Part shown: piece after piece, positions 36,581 to 40,807 of the stretch
Layout: every line of letters starts with the position of its first letter
How positions within the stretch are numbered: the stretch's first letter is position 1
Assembly: GCA_964388265.1 (NCBI GenBank)
Contig: CAYLXZ010000004.1
Coordinates: 1-40,807, forward strand
Direction of reading: 5' to 3'
Source: Candidatus Micrarchaeota archaeon
GTDB taxonomy: Archaea; B1Sed10-29
Length of the DNA stretch: 40,807 nucleotides
Position numbers and translations under genes: made by a program
Notes under the pieces: model-generated
What the model saw: only the letters and a program-made list of their open reading frames with translations
Told to the model about the DNA's origin: nothing
Database searches by the model: none

Positions 36581-38029
36581 ATGCCAGATAAAATAGATAA
36601 CTCACTAACCCAGATCTCAGAGTACGAATGGAAACTACCTAAAGAGGAAAAAATGAATGTTCCAGGAAAATTCTTCGGAGAAAAAGACCTAGTAAGACAA
36701 ATAGTGAAAAGAGACAAGAAGGTACTAAAGCAAGTGAGAAACGTAGCCACCCTGCCAGGGATACAGAAATACTCAATGGCGATGCCAGACGCCCACAGAG
36801 GATACGGATTCCCAATAGGCGGAGTAGCAGCCTTCGACCCAGAGCAAAACGGAGTAATATCCGTTGGAGGAGTAGGTTTCGATATAAGCTGTGGCGTCAG
36901 AGCCATGAAAACAGGTTTAAAGAAAGAAAAACTAGAAGATAGGATAGAGGAACTGGCAGAAACACTATACAACATGGTACCAGCAGGACTTGGGAGCAAA
37001 GGAGAAATAAACCTAAACATAAGCCAAATGAATGAAGTTCTCAAGGGAGGAGCTGAATGGGCAGTAGAACAAGGATACGGAACAAAAAAAGACCTAGAAT
37101 TAATAGAAGAAAAAGGAAAAATGGAAGGAGCAGATCCCAAGATGGTTTCCAAGAAAGCCAAGAAAAGACAACAGAAAGAAGTAGGAACACTAGGCAGCGG
37201 AAACCACTACCTAGAAATCCAAAGAGTAGACGAGGTTTTCGATGAAAAAACAGCCAAAACATTCGAACTAGAGGAAGACGACGCAATCATCATGTTCCAC
37301 TGCGGATCAAGAGCCCTAGGACACCAAGTAGCCTCAGACTACCTGGAAAAAATGCCAAAGGCAGCGAAGGAACACGGAATAGAAATACCAGACAAAGAAC
37401 TCGCATCCGCACCAATAAAATCACAAGAAGCACAGAACTACTTCAAAGCAATGAAAGCAGGAGTAAACCTAGCAATGGCAAACAGACAAGTAATAGCAGG
37501 ATTAATAAGACAATCATTCTCACAAGTAGCTCCAGAAGCCAAGATAGAAACACTCTACGAAGTAAGCCACAACACATGCAAGAAAGAAACCTACGAAGTC
37601 AACGGAGAAGACAGAGAACTATACGTCCACAGAAAAGGAGCAACAAGATCCCTAGGACCAGGGAATAAACTGATACCAAAGAAATACAGAGACGTAGGCC
37701 AACCAGTACTGATAGGAGGAACCATGGCAACCGGATCATATATACTCAAAGGAACGGAGAAAGCCGAGAAAGAGAGCTTTGGATCAACCTGCCACGGAGC
37801 AGGAAGAACAATGAGCAGAAAACAAGCAAAAAGCGATTTCTGGGGAGAAGACGTAGTAGAGGAAATGGAGAAAGAAGGGATAGTAGTAAAAGCACACTCC
37901 ATGCCAGGAGCAGCTGAAGAAGCACCAGGAGCCTACAAGAAGGTTGAGAAAGTAGTTGACTCAGTGGAAAAAGCAGGTTTAAGCAAAAGAGTAGCTAAAG
38001 TAAAACCACTAGCCGTGATAAAAGGATAA
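36581..38029 (+). CDS. rtcB: RtcB tRNA-splicing/RNA repair ligase
   Basis: MPDAHRGYGFPIGGV, VGFDISCG, GTLGSGNHYLE, HCGSR, HN, HRKGAT, STCHGAGR, EEAPGAYK. Confidence 0.97.
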   Translation: MPDKIDNSLTQISEYEWKLPKEEKMNVPGKFFGEKDLVRQIVKRDKKVLKQVRNVATLPGIQKYSMAMPDAHRGYGFPIGGVAAFDPEQNGVISVGGVGFDISCGVRAMKTGLKKEKLEDRIEELAETLYNMVPAGLGSKGEINLNISQMNEVLKGGAEWAVEQGYGTKKDLELIEEKGKMEGADPKMVSKKAKKRQQKEVGTLGSGNHYLEIQRVDEVFDEKTAKTFELEEDDAIIMFHCGSRALGHQVASDYLEKMPKAAKEHGIEIPDKELASAPIKSQEAQNYFKAMKAGVNLAMANRQVIAGLIRQSFSQVAPEAKIETLYEVSHNTCKKETYEVNGEDRELYVHRKGATRSLGPGNKLIPKKYRDVGQPVLIGGTMATGSYILKGTEKAEKESFGSTCHGAGRTMSRKQAKSDFWGEDVVEEMEKEGIVVKAHSMPGAAEEAPGAYKKVEKVVDSVEKAGLSKRVAKVKPLAVIKG

Positions 38030-38407
38030 CTAATCTCCCTGATAGAACAAGTGGCTACTGCAACCGCAGTCACTGCATCCGAAATTTTCTATCTCTCCAT
38101 CAGATTTTTCTCTTATCTCTCTAGCTACCTTGCATTCATTTCTATGTTTAGAGAAAAACTTGTTGAATCCAATTAATTGAAATTCACTTGAAACCAATAG
38201 GTAGTCGATATGCCAATGCACAGATCCTTTTCCAGAGAATGAAAGCTCAACGTGTCTATTCACTCTCGCGGATATAGATTGATTCTCCCCGAACGCAGAA
38301 CCCACGTAGATGTACGTTCCTTTCTCCAGGTGTTTCTCACCAAGAGAACCTATGACTAGGTCAGTGTCTCTTGAGTTCTTCAGAACAAGCGCATACGATC
38401 CCTCCAT
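38030..38407 (-). CDS. GIY-YIG (Uri superfamily, DUF123-type) endonuclease-like protein
   Basis: GSYAL, YIYVGSA, RVNRH, HWHIDYL, EC, FGCSDCGCSSHL. Confidence 0.88.
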   Translation of the reverse strand: MEGSYALVLKNSRDTDLVIGSLGEKHLEKGTYIYVGSAFGENQSISARVNRHVELSFSGKGSVHWHIDYLLVSSEFQLIGFNKFFSKHRNECKVAREIREKSDGEIENFGCSDCGCSSHLFYQGD

Positions 38408-39495
38408 TATTCTTCCTCCATGAACTCATTAAGTTTCTTAAGAGCTTTTTTCTTCTCCTTAGATTCATCGATCTCTTCAACTGTTTCTTTAAGGAAATCT
38501 ATGGATTCATCGTACACTTCTCTGTCCACTGGGAATGGTGTACCATCTTTACCGCCTACAGTGTACGAGTATTTGGCTGGGTCTTCCCACGAGGATTCTG
38601 ATCCATGTATTACTTCACTTATCAGAGCCAGAGCCCTAAGTGTCTTCTTTCCAACTCCTTCTATAGCCACTAATTCCTCGTAGTCCCTAGGTTGAATCTC
38701 ATAGGCTTTATCCAGAGACTTAAGGGTCTTCTTCGATAGGTCCATCTTCTTAACCTGATGATGAGAAGGGAGTTCAAGTCTCTTTACATCTTCTTGGAAA
38801 TCCTGTATCGTGGTCTGTCCAGTCAGGTATTTACGAAGATGGGTAGGGTTATCTTGAACTAAATCAACGCTTATCTCTCTTGTTTCATTGCTTTCTCTAT
38901 GTGTTAGATTCAGGGTGTTTGTTCTGTGGTCTGAGGCTATTCCTTCTTGTGGTTCTTCCACGTATGATTCTACTGAGTCGCTTATCCAGTGGTATCTTCT
39001 GGCGTATCCTTCTTCAGGCATTAGACCTTGCTGTACTACTGTCCAGTCTCCCTCCTGGGTGAAGAAGAAGGCATGGTGATAGAGGTTGAAGGAGTCTTGA
39101 ACACAGTTGGAGTCTACTTTGGCTGACATCTTGGAGCTTTTGATTAATTTTTCTTCGTTTATAGGGAAACTGCTTTCCCTTATTTCGTTTGGGGTCTTGA
39201 GGGAGGTTTTTCCTTTTCCACCTGCGACCTGTATTCTTTCACTATCTTTTAAACCTTCTTTGAGAGCTCCCGTGACCGTGGTTGTTAATCCGGAGCTATG
39301 CCAGTCAAAACCCAGTGTATTTCCAAGTGCTTGGAACCAGTAAGGATCACTCAGTCTTTTTATCAGTTCTTTTTCCCCGTATTCATCGATTATTACTTCT
39401 GAGATCTCTTTACCTAGCTTCTTCATTCTAGGAAAGAGCCATTTCGGGCAGTTACCTCCATGTAGAGGTAGATTGGAGGCTCCTTTCTTCCTCAT
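38407..39495 (-). CDS. DUF763 family protein
   Basis: LPLHGG..P.WLF.RM, GFDWHSSGLTT, GGKG, VVQQG, ARRYHW, HhH-like GVGKKTLRAL, GGKDGTPFPV. Confidence 0.88.
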   Translation of the reverse strand: MRKKGASNLPLHGGNCPKWLFPRMKKLGKEISEVIIDEYGEKELIKRLSDPYWFQALGNTLGFDWHSSGLTTTVTGALKEGLKDSERIQVAGGKGKTSLKTPNEIRESSFPINEEKLIKSSKMSAKVDSNCVQDSFNLYHHAFFFTQEGDWTVVQQGLMPEEGYARRYHWISDSVESYVEEPQEGIASDHRTNTLNLTHRESNETREISVDLVQDNPTHLRKYLTGQTTIQDFQEDVKRLELPSHHQVKKMDLSKKTLKSLDKAYEIQPRDYEELVAIEGVGKKTLRALALISEVIHGSESSWEDPAKYSYTVGGKDGTPFPVDREVYDESIDFLKETVEEIDESKEKKKALKKLNEFMEEE

Positions 39496-39611
39496 GTTCT
39501 TCCCCTATAATTAATTGGTGAGTAAGAACCTAATATAGATGATGGTGGAATAGGTAAAGTTTTTAAAAACAAGGTTCTTAATAGATATAGAGATAGATCG
39601 AGTTGAACAAA

Positions 39612-40361
39612 ATGGAAAGAGCTGAAACAGGTGTAGATGGGCTTGACGAACTCATACAAGGAGGATTACCTCGAAATAGAACCTTCCTAGTATCAGGAGC
39701 ATGTGGAACAGGTAAAACAATCTTCGGAATGCAGTTCCTTCACGAAGGAGCAAAAAACGGAGAACCAGGGGTATTCGTAACGGTTGACGAAAGACCAGAG
39801 CTAGTGAGAGAAGATATGCATAACTTTGGCTGGGACATAGAGGAACTCGAGAAAGAAAAGAAACTCGCTATCCTTGACGCCTCCGCAGCAAAGATAGGTT
39901 ACCCAACTGAAGAAAAGTACTCAATACCTCAAGTAGGTCTAGATCCAGATGACTTAATCCTAAAGACGATGAAACTGGTTGACAAGATAGATGCAGATCG
40001 CCTAGTGATCGACTCCATTCCAGGAATAGGAATGCAGATGGAAGACGAACACCAGATAAGAAACACAATCCTGAAGATGAGTTACATGTTCGCAAAAGAA
40101 AACGTAACAGCAATAATGACTTCAGAAGTACCTGAACAGAAATTCGGAAGCGGATCAATGCAATTCAGCAAATACGGAGTTGAAGAATACGCTTCAGACG
40201 GAGTGATAATGCTACACTACCTAGGAGTCGGAAGCGAAAGCAATAGATCTATGTTCATCCGTAAGATGAGAGCAACCAAACACACTGAAGAAGTCCTGCC
40301 AATGGAGATCACCGACACAGGGATGAGCGTTAAGCAGCCTGAAAAAGGCTATGAATACTGA
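39612..40361 (+). CDS. Single-domain KaiC-like / RAD55 family ATPase
   Basis: TGVDGLDELIQGG, GACGTGKT, RLVIDS, EEYASDGVI, KMRATKH. Start is ATG 39612 or TTG 39603. Confidence 0.92.
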   Translation: MERAETGVDGLDELIQGGLPRNRTFLVSGACGTGKTIFGMQFLHEGAKNGEPGVFVTVDERPELVREDMHNFGWDIEELEKEKKLAILDASAAKIGYPTEEKYSIPQVGLDPDDLILKTMKLVDKIDADRLVIDSIPGIGMQMEDEHQIRNTILKMSYMFAKENVTAIMTSEVPEQKFGSGSMQFSKYGVEEYASDGVIMLHYLGVGSESNRSMFIRKMRATKHTEEVLPMEITDTGMSVKQPEKGYEY

Positions 40362-40440
40362 AAGTAAGTTTATAACTCCCCTTCTTTTTCTCCTACAACA
40401 CTGTTCCTTAAGATAAAATTTTCATCTTTCACCAGTAACT

Positions 40441-40590
40441 GTGAACTACCCGCTACCATTCCTCGCTAATGCTCAGAGTGGAAGGGGCTTCCTGTTTCTA
40501 CCACGAAACTTGCAGATACATCACGAAAGTATGTATCTGTAGTGGTTTCAGTGTCCGCAGGCGTGTATTCGGCCTGTCCCTTACCTAGAC
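40441..40590 (-). ncRNA. Putative TnpB omega-RNA (reRNA) scaffold; 5' boundary approximate
   Basis: Overlaps the tnpB 3' end, contains hairpin CAGATACAT-N9-ATGTATCTG, and ends at TTCAC. Confidence 0.6.
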
Positions 40591-40807
40591 TCTTGTTTAA
40601 GATGTTTATTGCTGCGTTGTAGTCTCTGTCTGTTTTATACCCGCAGCTTGGACATCTGTGTTTTCGTTGCCATAACTCTTTGCGTGTTTTAGCTCCGCAT
40701 TGTGAGCATTCTTTACTGGTGTTTTTGGGATTGACCAGTTCTACTTCTGTACCAGCTTTTTCGGCTTTGTACAGGAGTAGTTGGATGAATGTTCTCCATG
40801 CAGAGTC
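40466..40807 (-). CDS. tnpB: TnpB RNA-guided nuclease, C-terminal 113 aa
   Basis: Manual translation DSAWRTFIQLLLYKAEKAG...VNPKNTSKECSQCG...HRCPSCG...DRDYNAAINIL (zinc finger plus RuvC-III); TAG at 40468-40466. Confidence 0.95.
   Translation of the reverse strand, partial: DSAWRTFIQLLLYKAEKAGTEVELVNPKNTSKECSQCGAKTRKELWQRKHRCPSCGYKTDRDYNAAINILNKSLGKGQAEYTPADTETTTDTYFRDVSASFVVETGSPFHSEH

Larger units (their letters stand above)
40441..40807 (-). mobile_element. IS200/IS605-family element, right end only (truncated by the window)
   Basis: tnpB 3' end followed by GAAGCCCC...GCGGGTAGTTCAC; the TTCAC end motif is at 40445-40441. Confidence 0.85.

Overview
Archaeal chromosomal window, mostly housekeeping genes. 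Archaeal markers include a thermosome, aIF5A, aIF6, eL15/eL31/eL39/uL16, Sm, RadA/RPA, G1P dehydrogenase and GGGP synthase, TATA/BRE promoters and GGAGGTGA-type ribosome-binding sites. The compact layout, Glu/Lys-rich proteins and reshuffled operons suggest a DPANN-like lineage from a saline habitat; this is inference, not an identification. In order, the window holds: a partial thermosome; tRNA-Cys plus cysS; a valS-ileS operon with deviant HIGH motifs and an attenuator-like leader; an AAA+ ATPase; proS; aIF5A; membrane proteins; a NYN / DUF2226-like / roadblock-like / MinD / Sm / intron-containing tRNA-Ala cluster; a lipoprotein that apparently starts at ATC; a ribosome/SRP operon interrupted by a 31/34-nt alternating tandem repeat; pus10; a prepilin peptidase; an egsA-GGGPS-MgtC-like-rtcA-purF operon; rpa-radA; a five-gene operon of a Cys-containing RHH regulator, glutaredoxin, ferredoxin, archease and rtcB (two of these genes are absent from the ORF track); GIY-YIG and DUF763 genes; a KaiC-like ATPase; and the 3' end of an IS200/IS605 tnpB with its omega-RNA right end. 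The best candidates for new biology are the redox-linked RtcB operon, the valS-ileS leader peptide and hairpin, and the altered synthetase signature motifs. All family calls come from motif recognition by eye; no database search was run.
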